From the IMG/VR virus record IMGVR_UViG_3300002092_001784, positions 160,001-224,000 of that record: 64,000 nt of DNA; one strand, 5' to 3'. A model generated the notes under the pieces. It had not been told where the DNA came from, did not search any database, and worked only from the letters and a program-made list of their open reading frames with translations. Source of the stretch: a virus (Duplodnaviria; Caudoviricetes). Positions 34,158-45,676 of the stretch are shown here, piece by piece. Within the stretch, counting starts at the first letter, position 1. Every line of letters starts with the position of its first letter. Made by a program: the position numbers and the translations under genes.

Positions 34158-34673
34158 ATGAACAATAAGATGAATATTGATAAATTATTCGAAGCAATTC
34201 AGATTCTAGTCAATGAAGAAGTGAAAAGACAGTTACCAAATGCGGTTAAGCAAGAAATAGCTAAACTAAATGAAGTAAAGACATCGGTGAAACCAAAATC
34301 AAACGGATTATCTATGGCTAAGGCTATTTTGGGTGAAGATACTACAACTGTATCTTCAAAAAAACCTAAAAAGCAAGTTACCTATACTAAAAATCCGATG
34401 ATAAATCAAATTTTGAATGAAACACAACAACAAAAATTTGATATGGGAGATACTGAGTTCAGAACTGCTAATTTCGATCATTCAAATGCAAATACTATAA
34501 TTGATAGAGCAGCATTTGCGGCTAAGATTGGGTATGGTGATATGATAAACTTACCATCGACTACAATTGAGGGTAGACCTGTTAATATATCAAATGAAGC
34601 AGTTCAGCCGGTAGTAAAAGCATTAAACAGAGATTACACCGAATTGGTAAAACGATTCAATAAACCAAAGTAA
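34158..34673 (+). CDS. hypothetical protein
   Basis: Start re-set to ATG 34158 after promoter motif. Confidence 0.65.
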   Translation: MNNKMNIDKLFEAIQILVNEEVKRQLPNAVKQEIAKLNEVKTSVKPKSNGLSMAKAILGEDTTTVSSKKPKKQVTYTKNPMINQILNETQQQKFDMGDTEFRTANFDHSNANTIIDRAAFAAKIGYGDMINLPSTTIEGRPVNISNEAVQPVVKALNRDYTELVKRFNKPK

Positions 34674-34676
34674 TAA

Positions 34677-35105
34677 ATGGCAGTAGTTTTAGGTTCAAAA
34701 CCATTATCAGATACGGATGCATATGTAGATTATGCAATAGGATTGGCATTGCCATTACAGATAGGTAATACTGCGTTTAGACAGACATTTACTATGATGG
34801 ATCAGGTCGGTGCCAATATACAAAATTTATTATTAACTACACGTGGTGAACGTATTATGCAACCGGAATTTGGAAGTAACTTAGGTGAAATATTGTTTGA
34901 ACAAGAAACGGATAATATAGCAAAATCTATTGAATATGCCATTACTAACGCGATAGCAATTTGGTTGCCGTATGTGAGTATTAGTGAAATACATATAGAT
35001 ACATCTAATCAATCAAAGGATAAAAATATAGTAGGTGTAACATTAACATTTTCTATTAATGGATACCCAAACTTAGGTACAGTAACATTTACAGTTCAAG
35101 GATAA
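34677..35105 (+). CDS. baseplate wedge subunit, T4 gp25/gpW-like
   Basis: NLLLTTRGERIMQPEFGSNL...IAIWLPYV. Confidence 0.88.
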   Translation: MAVVLGSKPLSDTDAYVDYAIGLALPLQIGNTAFRQTFTMMDQVGANIQNLLLTTRGERIMQPEFGSNLGEILFEQETDNIAKSIEYAITNAIAIWLPYVSISEIHIDTSNQSKDKNIVGVTLTFSINGYPNLGTVTFTVQG

Positions 35106-35111
35106 TAAAAA

Positions 35112-37148
35112 ATGGCACTATCAACAACAAATAAAACTTTTAAGAATAAAGGTAAGGATATAAAGTATCTTAATAAGGATTTTGTAGATTTCAGAAATAA
35201 TTTGATTGAATTTTCAAAAACTTATTTTCCAAAAACCTATTCTGATTTTAATGAGACATCTCCGGGTATGATGTTTATTGAGATGGCATCATATATTGGT
35301 GATACTCTTTCATATTATATTGATGATACGTTAAAGGAATCATTAATGGTATATGCTGAAGATATTACCAATATCATTCCATTGGCACAGTATTTAGGGT
35401 ATAAACCCAAAGTAACATCACCTGCTGTAACTACGGTATCTGTATACCAATTAGTTCCATCAACTGGGGTAGGCGTAAATAATGTACCTGATTCTAATTA
35501 TTTTTTAAGAATAAGAGAAGGAATGGTTATGGCTTCCAAAACCAATTCTATAACATTTGTGACAACTGAAGTTGTTGATTTTTCGGATACGGTTAATAGA
35601 GAAATAACAGTGTATCAGAAAGATTCCATTACAGGTGATCCAACGTTATATTTGGTGAAAAAATATGCACAGGCGGTATCATCTACATTAAAAACAGCTA
35701 CATTTACTTTTACAAGTTATCAACCATTTCAATATATAGACCTTTCGGATACAAATGTAATACAAATTTTAGATGTTAGGGATTCAAACGGAAACAAATG
35801 GTATGAAGTTCCTTATTTGGCACAAGAGATGGTATTTATTGATCAGCCAAATACACAGGAAAATGATCCGGATTTGTATCAATTCAAAACAACAGTTCCG
35901 TTTATCTTAAAAACTATTAAAACTCCTAGAAGATTTGTAGTAAAGGTAAATTCAAATAGTACTACTACTATACAATTCGGAACAGGAGACCCATCGGCAA
36001 GTGATGAATTACTTATACCAAATTTGAAAAATGTTGGATTAGGATTACCTAATTCTATAAATAAACTTGATCAATCATATGATCCTACTAATTTTTTGAA
36101 TACAAGTACATATGGTACATCACCATCAAATACTACAATTACTGTTAAATATTATGTTGGCGGTGGTATAACATCAAATATACCAAAAGGAGATTTAACT
36201 CAAATAACATCTATTGTAGTTGATAATGATGTATCTACATATAGTGATTCTGAAAAGGCAACATTTAATAGTATACGAAATTCCGTAGCAGTGGATAATG
36301 AAGTACCGGGCGTTGGCGGTAGAAGTGGTGAGAATGTGGAAGAGATAAGACAAAATGCGTTGGCATATTTTGGTGCTCAAAACCGAGCGGTTACTGCTAA
36401 GGATTATCAAGTTAGGGTGTTATCAATGCCGTCTAAATATGGTTCTATTGCAAAAGTATATGCAACCGCTGATGGTACACTTGATAACAATTCCCCTGCT
36501 TCGATTTTAGCATCACCAAATAATTTACAAGAGTTTACCGATTTGGTATATAGTTATGTAAATAAGCCAGATTCTCAAGAATTATCATGGGGGCAGATTT
36601 CTGATAGTATTTCTCAATATTTGGTTGGAAAAACTACAAATAAATCTGAAAAAAATAATCCATTCGCTATAAATTTATATCTATTGGCGTATGATGGTGA
36701 TGGTCATTTAACTGCAACAAATATGGCAATTAAAGAAAATCTGAAAACATATTTGGGTGAATATAAAATATTAACAGATGGTATCAACGTAATTGATGGA
36801 TATATCGTTAATATTGGAGTTACTTTTGAAATTATTGCTTATAAAAATTACAATAAAAGTGAGGTAGTTGCAAATTGTATTTTAGCATTAAAGGATTACT
36901 TTAATATAGATAATTGGTCATTTAACCAAACTATTAATTTAAGTGAAATTGAATTGATGCTGGCAAATATTGAGGGAGTATCAACTGTACCTAAATTGGA
37001 AATTGATAATTTGTGTGGTGGTGTGTATTCTCCAAATTCATATAATGTATTGACCGCTACTAAAAATAAAATGATTTATCCATCACTTGATCCTTGTGTT
37101 TTTGAAGTTAAATTTCCAAATACTGATATAAAGGGGAGGGCTATATAA
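35112..37148 (+). CDS. baseplate wedge protein, T4 gp6/gpJ-like
   Basis: YSDFNETSPGMMFIEMASYIGD, LAQYLGYKP, QNRAVTAKDY. Confidence 0.85.
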   Translation: MALSTTNKTFKNKGKDIKYLNKDFVDFRNNLIEFSKTYFPKTYSDFNETSPGMMFIEMASYIGDTLSYYIDDTLKESLMVYAEDITNIIPLAQYLGYKPKVTSPAVTTVSVYQLVPSTGVGVNNVPDSNYFLRIREGMVMASKTNSITFVTTEVVDFSDTVNREITVYQKDSITGDPTLYLVKKYAQAVSSTLKTATFTFTSYQPFQYIDLSDTNVIQILDVRDSNGNKWYEVPYLAQEMVFIDQPNTQENDPDLYQFKTTVPFILKTIKTPRRFVVKVNSNSTTTIQFGTGDPSASDELLIPNLKNVGLGLPNSINKLDQSYDPTNFLNTSTYGTSPSNTTITVKYYVGGGITSNIPKGDLTQITSIVVDNDVSTYSDSEKATFNSIRNSVAVDNEVPGVGGRSGENVEEIRQNALAYFGAQNRAVTAKDYQVRVLSMPSKYGSIAKVYATADGTLDNNSPASILASPNNLQEFTDLVYSYVNKPDSQELSWGQISDSISQYLVGKTTNKSEKNNPFAINLYLLAYDGDGHLTATNMAIKENLKTYLGEYKILTDGINVIDGYIVNIGVTFEIIAYKNYNKSEVVANCILALKDYFNIDNWSFNQTINLSEIELMLANIEGVSTVPKLEIDNLCGGVYSPNSYNVLTATKNKMIYPSLDPCVFEVKFPNTDIKGRAI

Positions 37149-37149
37149 T

Positions 37150-38214
37150 ATGTATAATTTTTTAACAGCATCGAAAGATGCATCGGTATACTCACTACAA
37201 TCGTATCAAAATGCTGGTTTGGATCAGATATTGGAGATAAGTAAAACGTATTATACGGGAGCAAAGGGTATATCAAGAGCACTATTAAAGTTTGATATTA
37301 CCGATTTATCGCAATCATTATCGGAAGGTAATAGTTCATTATCAGAGGTATTTCTTATTATGAAAGATGTTGCAAGTAATGAAATACCATTAGAGTATAC
37401 ATTATATGGAAATGCTGTTTCTCAAAGTTGGGAAATGGGCATTGGCACACGGTTTGATGAAATAACAACAGCAGGTGTTACTTGGAAAGCAAGAGATGGG
37501 GAATCATCATTAAAATGGTTGCCAAATAATACATATGCACCCAATTCAACCGGTTCATATGCTGGATATGGCGGAGTATGGTATACGGATTATGAAGTAT
37601 CGCAATTCTTTTCATATTCAACTGCCGATGTAAATATGGATATTAAACCATTGGTAAACGCATGGGTGAGTAGTTCAATTCCAAATGATGGTATGATATT
37701 ACGTTATTCTTCAGAATTTGAAAATAATAATATTGATTATGGTGTAATCCAATTATTCAGTAAAGAAACTAACACAATACACCAACCAAAAATTAGAGTT
37801 GGGTGGGATGATCAGATATTTTTAACAGGTTCATTATCGCCGATAGAGTCAACTAATGTGAAGATTGGTATTACTGATTTGAAACCCTATTATAAAGTTG
37901 GAAGTATTGCAAAGTTTACTATATTTGGTAGACAGGTATATCCATTGAAAACATTTATAAATCCATTTCCATATGTTGAATTACAGTATTTACCGCAAAC
38001 TACTTATTATCAAATACGTGATATTGGGACAGATGATATTATAATTCCATTTTCTGAATATTCTAAAGTAAGTTGTAATTCGGATGGAAATTATATAAAG
38101 GTGGATTTTTCAAATTGGGAAATTGATAGAAAATATAAAATAGAATTTAAGACGGAACATAACGGTTCGGTTGAATATTTTGATAATAATATAATATTTG
38201 GTATTGAAAAATAA
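37150..38214 (+). CDS. virion structural protein (DNRLRE-like domain)
   Basis: KDASVY...NAGLDQILEI...SRALLKFD...FSKETNTIHQPKI. Confidence 0.6.
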   Translation: MYNFLTASKDASVYSLQSYQNAGLDQILEISKTYYTGAKGISRALLKFDITDLSQSLSEGNSSLSEVFLIMKDVASNEIPLEYTLYGNAVSQSWEMGIGTRFDEITTAGVTWKARDGESSLKWLPNNTYAPNSTGSYAGYGGVWYTDYEVSQFFSYSTADVNMDIKPLVNAWVSSSIPNDGMILRYSSEFENNNIDYGVIQLFSKETNTIHQPKIRVGWDDQIFLTGSLSPIESTNVKIGITDLKPYYKVGSIAKFTIFGRQVYPLKTFINPFPYVELQYLPQTTYYQIRDIGTDDIIIPFSEYSKVSCNSDGNYIKVDFSNWEIDRKYKIEFKTEHNGSVEYFDNNIIFGIEK

Positions 38215-38216
38215 AT

Positions 38217-39314
38217 ATGGTAAAGGCAGGACTACAAAATGAAGAAGTAATAAGTGAGTTATTAGTTAGCGGTTCGTTGGTTATTAAACCAAAGAGTCCA
38301 ACTGGTGTTAATTATTTCGAAGCGGTTGATACTACCGATGGTATTCTTGCGGCTAAATTAACCAAACCGCATTACAATAAGCCGGAGGTTATTAAATCAA
38401 TAGATACGATTATAAAAGAATTATTACCTGTACCTGAAGTCATATTACCACCAACTGTTCCATTGGAAACGTATCAAACGGCATCATTGACTATTGATAG
38501 TCTGACAGCAACAATAGTGGGATTAAATGCAAAAATTGATGGGTTAAATTCTCAAATAGTATCACTACAATCAACAACACAAAGCTTATCTGCTACGGCT
38601 GATTCTGAAAAATTAAATGTAGCATCATTTCAGAATCAATCCGCCCAGGCAAACCAAAAGATACAAAGCTCTATTTCGGATTTACAAAATGCATTACAAA
38701 AAGCAACATTAGAAGCGGCACAGAGAGTATCATTAACGGCTATAAACGAATCTCTTAAAATACAAATAGATTCATTAACAAAAGAAATTGATACCCTAAA
38801 TCAACAATTATCTGCTCAAGCTCAGGCTGTTAGTGCTGGTGGTACTCCGACGGGTCAACTTGCTACTATATTATTTGATGGTGGTGGTGATCCAAGTAAA
38901 ACGGTATTTCCATCTATGATTTACCACGATTTTAATGGAGGGAGTGCCACCGTTGGTACTTTTGCCGCACCGAACAATACATATAAATCGGCATTTAGAA
39001 GTAATTTTACAGTTATAGCAAACGCTGTAAAAGATATAATTGTTAATATCACATTTTCCGGTAACATAAATCAAACTCCATTTGATTTTGGTACAACACT
39101 ACCGGTAACAATCAAAGCAGGGGCACAGTTAAAATTTCCATTAAATAAACCAACCACATACTTAAATGGTTTGACAGGAAAAACAGGAGGTGGATTGTTT
39201 AGTACGGCTACACCAAGTAATTATGATTTTACTATGACGGTTACTATTACCGATGTGGCAACCGGATTAATCAATGAATCCAAAGATTTTACATTTCATA
39301 TATATAAATATTAA
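38217..39314 (+). CDS. virion protein with central coiled coil
   Basis: Long heptad region followed by beta-rich C-terminus. Confidence 0.6.
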   Translation: MVKAGLQNEEVISELLVSGSLVIKPKSPTGVNYFEAVDTTDGILAAKLTKPHYNKPEVIKSIDTIIKELLPVPEVILPPTVPLETYQTASLTIDSLTATIVGLNAKIDGLNSQIVSLQSTTQSLSATADSEKLNVASFQNQSAQANQKIQSSISDLQNALQKATLEAAQRVSLTAINESLKIQIDSLTKEIDTLNQQLSAQAQAVSAGGTPTGQLATILFDGGGDPSKTVFPSMIYHDFNGGSATVGTFAAPNNTYKSAFRSNFTVIANAVKDIIVNITFSGNINQTPFDFGTTLPVTIKAGAQLKFPLNKPTTYLNGLTGKTGGGLFSTATPSNYDFTMTVTITDVATGLINESKDFTFHIYKY

Positions 39315-39316
39315 TT

Positions 39317-40660
39317 ATGGCAATACAGTTTTTCAAAGATATAGTTGATAGTAAAGGGTATCGAATAAGTTCAAAGGATAGATCAATCTTTGAAACTGCC
39401 GATTTACAATCATTCTTTGGGTTGAGTGATATGGATGCCATTGAGTTTGTATTATATGATGCAAACGATAATCAATTACCACAAGGTGATTATGGGTTGG
39501 TACGATATGTAACACTCAATACACAAAATATTTCAGATTACTTTTTAATAGCCGATGGTACTATATTTCAAGCTAATAAATTCCCAAGCGAATATTTTAT
39601 TGATGCTGAACGTTTAATAAATGAAGCCGGTTATGATAATGGTATTTTTAAGACTCAAATTACACTTATTAATAAGAGATTGGGTACTGAACAACCAAAT
39701 CGTAAAGTGTGGATTTCCGAAATATCACCATCAAGAACAGAGGTTAGAATATTACCACTAAAAAACGAAGAAAACAATCAAACTGATTTATACGAACGGT
39801 TTGGTATATTTCAAAGAGATGGCGAGTTCAGAGATGATACGTTAATTTACATATTGCATTTTATAGAAAAAATAAATCCTATGATAATAGGTACAACTAT
39901 AAAAGCAAGATATACAGAACAATGGTATAATAAATTATGTACAGAATATAAAATATCGAGTTTTGATCAGTTGGTTACGATTATCTATAATAAATTTATG
40001 GAGGCTGCACTTTATGAAATTACTAATAGAATTTCGGATATACGCAATTTGAATTATGGAAATCCTAAAACAACAAAACCATCTTTACAGTTAACTAAAG
40101 AGCAACTAAAGGCAATATATTTGGACATATTGATAAAATGTATTGATTATTATTTGGCTTATGCTGATTCTCAAGCATTTGCAACATATACATTATCTTT
40201 GGATTCAAGTATTGATGAAACACGACGTTTAATGCACAGAACAACAACATATAGTACATTTGAATCAAGTTCAAAACCACCGGATGTCGTAATTGAACAA
40301 AAACAAAGAGTATGCGATACTGATGATGATGCTGTTAAGAAATTTGCAAAAGATTGTGATGATGAATTTGGTCGTGATATTGATGTGGTTGTTGTTGATA
40401 AAGATACAAAAGTACCAATTTCTAAACATATTTCTACTAATACTAATATTAAATACTTCAAACCATCATTGCGTGGTGAACCTAGTGTAGAGGCACAGAG
40501 TACTGTAACAAAAATAGAAATACCAATGGTAAAAGGGGCAACTACTGGTGAATTTAGTTTATCAAATAATACATTAAATAGTATACTATCTGATAATTAT
40601 AATAGTGGCAGTATTGCGCAAGTTTTGAATAAAATAAAAGCAACTAATAACATAGTCTAA
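39317..40660 (+). CDS. putative structural protein
   Basis: ISEISPSRTEVRI motif; position in baseplate cluster. Confidence 0.6.
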   Translation: MAIQFFKDIVDSKGYRISSKDRSIFETADLQSFFGLSDMDAIEFVLYDANDNQLPQGDYGLVRYVTLNTQNISDYFLIADGTIFQANKFPSEYFIDAERLINEAGYDNGIFKTQITLINKRLGTEQPNRKVWISEISPSRTEVRILPLKNEENNQTDLYERFGIFQRDGEFRDDTLIYILHFIEKINPMIIGTTIKARYTEQWYNKLCTEYKISSFDQLVTIIYNKFMEAALYEITNRISDIRNLNYGNPKTTKPSLQLTKEQLKAIYLDILIKCIDYYLAYADSQAFATYTLSLDSSIDETRRLMHRTTTYSTFESSSKPPDVVIEQKQRVCDTDDDAVKKFAKDCDDEFGRDIDVVVVDKDTKVPISKHISTNTNIKYFKPSLRGEPSVEAQSTVTKIEIPMVKGATTGEFSLSNNTLNSILSDNYNSGSIAQVLNKIKATNNIV

Positions 40661-43600
40661 TGTCATTACAGAATACAAATAATATTATACAAGTTCCATT
40701 GGGTGTGGATGGTTTACCATTTGGTGGTATTGTAACTAATAGTAGTTCAATATCCCCAATACCTATTGTTTCGAAAGACCCGACATACTACGGTACTATA
40801 AATGCGGATACTCCGCATACGATTACAATTTCTTCAAATGTAGCTGGAGCAAGTATAATATTAAACGGTGAAAATACATTTAAGACAACAAACGCTTCAA
40901 TGACTTGGGCGTTATCTGATATATTAAATTCCACAATAACCAATACTATTGAATTACAAAAAACAGGGTTCGTTTGTACTGAACGATTTGTAATATCCGT
41001 AGTTCAAAATCCTAATTATAATTGGGTAACGCCAATTACACAATATACTGAAGATGGTGTATTACTTAAAACTGCAATTGCCGATTCGGTAAAGACGGGA
41101 GTTAAGGTACTACCTCAAAAAATGTATACTAACGTTCCACCTCATATTATAGATGTGGCTTATTATAAAAATGGAGTATTGACACCATTTACTGGAACGA
41201 TAGAAAACGGTGTTAATTCATCAACATCAATCGAATTTTCATTAGATGCGTTCACCGCAGTAATAGCTCCAGTTGATCAGACGGTGATTTCAACACCAAC
41301 ACCATCAACAAACGTAGTATCACCTGTTGTAACGCCTGTACTTACACAGCACTCACTGGCATTTAATGTCACAAGTTCTAATTTAACTACAAGTTCTGTT
41401 AATATTATCAAACATGATGTAACTACAAATGCAGATTCATCATTAGCAATAACTTCGGGTAGTTCTGTATATTATAGTACTTTTGCCGATACATATACAA
41501 TAGTATCATCCGATACTACATTACATAGAATTAGTTCTATTACAATTCAATCGACCATATATCCGCAAAAAACAATTACGGCGTTATTGGGTGAAAGTCT
41601 TACAACTACAATAACAGCAGATTCGGATTATGTCGTTTCTATTGTATCGGAGGAAATACCAACACAAACGGTATCTACTGCAAAGACTTCCATTATATTG
41701 ACTAATCAAAATGTAGATAGAAAATACAATATAAACTCAAATACTGATATACCTATTGCGTTTGTTAAACCCTATAATGTTCATAAAGTTAGAGTCAATG
41801 TAAATGATAAACAATATGAGTTTAAGGATTTGGGAGATGATGATGTTTGTGGTATTTCAATTCCTAAAGAAGCATATAATACGGTTGGTGATCATAAAAC
41901 ACATATTACTCCAGTTGATGATGATGATAACGATTGTGAAGTAACTGAAATAGTACATACGGTTGTTGAGGATTATTATGTGGGTATTCCTGATATTTTT
42001 AACATAGTTTACCCATCTATAATACAAGGACAGGATTACGTTGGAACTGATGTAAATTTTGATTTACAGTGGGATTCGGCAAATACAGATTATATTAGAT
42101 TATACAGTGGTACTAATTTTATACAACTACCTGCAATTGCGACACAGGTTCTAAATGTGAAGCAATTATTGGGAATGGCAAACGCTGTATTTTCTGAAAA
42201 CGATACCCAAATATCATTTCAATTAAAACTAATTCCATATAATGATAGTGGTGTTGATGATGCCGTAGGGAAAGAAGAAGTTATTACTATTAAGTTTATT
42301 AAAGGTAGGGATACAATACCACGCCCAGTAGCTATTACAAGAATTGCCGAAGCATTTCAATTACAATTTGATACGATAGATGTAGATGATGAGGGTTCTA
42401 AATATCTTACACATCTTTTACATTTGGGGGATGGTAATAACAAAATAATTACAACGTGGACTGGTAGTAATGATTCTGTTATATTAAAACTATATGAACC
42501 ACTACCAACTTCAGTTGATGTAAATCAATTAGTTTGGGTTTCCAAAATACAATCAAATACTACAATAGAATCGGTCACTCTTATCGGAGCTACGGCTTCG
42601 TATTGTGAACCGTTAAGAGGACCTAATTTTACAGTTGAACCGGATAATAGTATTGGATTTAAGGTATTTGATGATTTAATAGCAAGTGGATCGGCAACAT
42701 CTACCGATTTATTAAATAAATATTCTGAAAAAGTAGGAATAGACACTAAACGATTTAATATACAATTTGTAAGTGGTTCTCAATATGTATTTGAAAACTT
42801 TGTAAATTTTAGTTCGGCTGAAGAACGTGTTAATAATTTTTATTACAAACTTCAACTGATTGAAAATTATCAGAAACAATATAATTCATCAACGGGTAGT
42901 AGTTCAGCTATTTCTGGAATAAATGCACAAAGTGCATATGATTCATTAAATGGTGTAATGCAAGGGTTTGATGCTTTTGAGGATTTCTTATACACAGATA
43001 CTACTTCGGATTTATCATATCCTAAAGTTGATGGTAATCCAATACCATCCACAACGGATGATGCTCTTAATTGGTTGGATAACATAACAGCAACTGCTTC
43101 ATATTTTGATAAGTACAATCCAAATTATTTGGCTAATAACTATCCTCAGTATGTAAAAGAAAACGTAGATCATGCTGATTTTGTGGTGTTTAATGATATG
43201 ATCGGACAGCATTTTGATATAATATGGATGTATATCAATGCTATGAACAAAAATAAACAAGTTGAAGCAATTCAATCCAAAGGTGGTATCATAAATGATA
43301 TGGTATTCTATATGTTAGAATCTATGGGTTGGGGAGCTAAAATGGCTTATGATTCGGAATATCTATGGGAACATGCATTTGGATTGTATAGAGATGGTAC
43401 TCAAAAATATGTATCACCGTTGGTTCAAGCAAATGAACAGGTGTGGAGACGTATTTTGTATAATTTACCATATCTTCTAAAACATAAAGGTACGGCAAGG
43501 GCATTAAAAGCAGCTATGGCGTGTTATGGTGTTCCACAATCATTACTCACTATAATGGAATTTGGAGGACCTCAAAATCCTACTGGAGATGCTGTAACTC

Positions 43601-45624
43601 AATTCACATTTGAGGACAGGACTTGTGCAATATCGTTGGATACTAATTCAAGTATAATTATTCCTTGGAAGCAAGTACCATCCACATCGGCGTACCCAGA
43701 ATGTATTGAAATAAGAATAAAACCAAGCATTGTACAAAATTGCACTTTAATTAATGTAAATCAATTTACACTTCAATTAATTCAAATAGTTGGAAATCTT
43801 TCAAAATTAAGATTGATATTCGATTCTATGATAATCGATAGCGATTCATTTAATTTATCTACTGCGGATTATTCACAAATAGTAATAAATAGACATCAAG
43901 ATGTTGGATTAAATTCTTTCTATGAAGTTATATTCCAAACAACAGATGGTACTAAAATTATAAATCCAATTACAGTGACACATGAACATTTGACATCTGT
44001 GTGGGAAGGTAGTGGGGTTGTGACTATTGGTGGTGATAATTATGTTGGGGTTATTGATGAATTTAGACTATGGAAAGTACCATTACAAACTTCTAAATTA
44101 GATAATCATACATTATTTCCGGATGCTATTAATGGAAATTCATATACATCATCTACTTCTGATTTACTATTTAGATTGGATTTTGAATATCCAAAAAACA
44201 GAATAATAGACCCATATATTAAAAATGTGGCTATTAACACAGAATATGGTGCAACTTATGCTACGGCAAGCAATTTTTGGTCTGCTCCAGCATATCCATA
44301 TCAATATATTCCTTATGAAAGGGTTGTAACTGCAAATGTACCATCCGTTGGATTTGGATATGCAAATAAAATACGATTTGAAACTCAAGAATTGATTGGT
44401 GATCTTTCATATAAAGTAAGGGCTACTAAAAAATCTTACGATAGGGGCCCGATAGATTCATCTCGATTAGGATTTTTCCTATCCCCAACAAAGGAGTTAA
44501 ATTTGGATATACTGAAAGCATTTGGTGAGTTTAATATAGATGATTATATTGGAGACCCATCGGATGAATATACTGATAAATATGCACAGTTAGATGAGTT
44601 AAGACATTACTACTTTGAAAGACTGGACAGAAATATTAATGAATACATTCAGTTGGTTAGGAATATTGATAAATCATTATATGATGTTCTTGAAGATTTA
44701 TCACCGGCAAGAGCTAAAATATCCAAAGGATTACTAATTGAACCGCATTACTTAGAAAGAAATAAAACCAAATGGAAAAAAGTAGAATCGGACAAAGGTG
44801 ATTATACCGGTACAGTAGATGCGGCAGAACATACTGATATTGCTTCAACTTATAATACTGAAGATGCATTATTAGATGCAAGTGAAGTAGCAACATTTGA
44901 TTTTCAAATGGATAACTATGATGGTATTATCACTTCAAATGATGTAATTCAGTTGGATGGTGACCAATCTGCACATGATGCCAATTTACAATATTTTGCT
45001 ACTGATTTTATGGAAGTTACCGTTCCTACCTACGATAGTTCGATAACAGTCCCATCTGGCGCATCATTAGTTGGTGAATTTGGATCATTGCCACTCACTG
45101 CAGTTGGTATGGAGCCGGACTCTCTTGCTAATGCCGGATATGGTTTATACGCAAACAATGGAGTTGGGAAGGTGACAACGATTGATAGTGCCGGAAATAA
45201 AATTTGGAGTAGACAAAACATATATTTGGTAACAGAACAATACCAAATAAATGTACCAACTCAAGTTTCTGGCAGTCCGGTGTTAGGTGCATTGCCGGGT
45301 GAGCAAGTAGTATATGCGGACAGACCTGTTACTAAAACAAAACATAAAGTGGTTACTTTACCTTGGGATATTAGTAACAGTATAACTTTAGGAAACGGTA
45401 TAGTAGATGTACAAACTCTAAATGGTTACTTCCCTACACATCACAAATATACTAATAATTTATCGGAAGGATTGAAACGTTCATTGTATAAAGGTTCAGT
45501 TCAATCAGCAACTACAACTCCTGATGGATTGCCTGCGGTTGAAATCTTTACAACTAATCCTAATATATTGAAGGTAGCTAATACAGGTAGAAGTTCGGGC
45601 GAACCAATTCTCGTAGTTTCATAA
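40660..45624 (+). CDS. large baseplate/tail structural protein (1654 aa; gp7-like with LamG-like domain)
   Basis: LPYLLKHKGTAR...CYGVP baseplate motif; GVIDEFRLW LamG-like motif. Confidence 0.65.
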   Translation: MSLQNTNNIIQVPLGVDGLPFGGIVTNSSSISPIPIVSKDPTYYGTINADTPHTITISSNVAGASIILNGENTFKTTNASMTWALSDILNSTITNTIELQKTGFVCTERFVISVVQNPNYNWVTPITQYTEDGVLLKTAIADSVKTGVKVLPQKMYTNVPPHIIDVAYYKNGVLTPFTGTIENGVNSSTSIEFSLDAFTAVIAPVDQTVISTPTPSTNVVSPVVTPVLTQHSLAFNVTSSNLTTSSVNIIKHDVTTNADSSLAITSGSSVYYSTFADTYTIVSSDTTLHRISSITIQSTIYPQKTITALLGESLTTTITADSDYVVSIVSEEIPTQTVSTAKTSIILTNQNVDRKYNINSNTDIPIAFVKPYNVHKVRVNVNDKQYEFKDLGDDDVCGISIPKEAYNTVGDHKTHITPVDDDDNDCEVTEIVHTVVEDYYVGIPDIFNIVYPSIIQGQDYVGTDVNFDLQWDSANTDYIRLYSGTNFIQLPAIATQVLNVKQLLGMANAVFSENDTQISFQLKLIPYNDSGVDDAVGKEEVITIKFIKGRDTIPRPVAITRIAEAFQLQFDTIDVDDEGSKYLTHLLHLGDGNNKIITTWTGSNDSVILKLYEPLPTSVDVNQLVWVSKIQSNTTIESVTLIGATASYCEPLRGPNFTVEPDNSIGFKVFDDLIASGSATSTDLLNKYSEKVGIDTKRFNIQFVSGSQYVFENFVNFSSAEERVNNFYYKLQLIENYQKQYNSSTGSSSAISGINAQSAYDSLNGVMQGFDAFEDFLYTDTTSDLSYPKVDGNPIPSTTDDALNWLDNITATASYFDKYNPNYLANNYPQYVKENVDHADFVVFNDMIGQHFDIIWMYINAMNKNKQVEAIQSKGGIINDMVFYMLESMGWGAKMAYDSEYLWEHAFGLYRDGTQKYVSPLVQANEQVWRRILYNLPYLLKHKGTARALKAAMACYGVPQSLLTIMEFGGPQNPTGDAVTQFTFEDRTCAISLDTNSSIIIPWKQVPSTSAYPECIEIRIKPSIVQNCTLINVNQFTLQLIQIVGNLSKLRLIFDSMIIDSDSFNLSTADYSQIVINRHQDVGLNSFYEVIFQTTDGTKIINPITVTHEHLTSVWEGSGVVTIGGDNYVGVIDEFRLWKVPLQTSKLDNHTLFPDAINGNSYTSSTSDLLFRLDFEYPKNRIIDPYIKNVAINTEYGATYATASNFWSAPAYPYQYIPYERVVTANVPSVGFGYANKIRFETQELIGDLSYKVRATKKSYDRGPIDSSRLGFFLSPTKELNLDILKAFGEFNIDDYIGDPSDEYTDKYAQLDELRHYYFERLDRNINEYIQLVRNIDKSLYDVLEDLSPARAKISKGLLIEPHYLERNKTKWKKVESDKGDYTGTVDAAEHTDIASTYNTEDALLDASEVATFDFQMDNYDGIITSNDVIQLDGDQSAHDANLQYFATDFMEVTVPTYDSSITVPSGASLVGEFGSLPLTAVGMEPDSLANAGYGLYANNGVGKVTTIDSAGNKIWSRQNIYLVTEQYQINVPTQVSGSPVLGALPGEQVVYADRPVTKTKHKVVTLPWDISNSITLGNGIVDVQTLNGYFPTHHKYTNNLSEGLKRSLYKGSVQSATTTPDGLPAVEIFTTNPNILKVANTGRSSGEPILVVS

Positions 45625-45664
45625 ACCTAAATTGATTGTTTATTAACGAAAATTAAAGTTTAAT

Positions 45665-45673
45665 ATATTTATA
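45665..45673 (+). promoter_or_regulatory. candidate late promoter of homing endonuclease 1
   Basis: ATATTTATA within TATATTTATATGTAT, identical to 48352-48366. Confidence 0.6.
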
Positions 45674-45676
45674 TGT

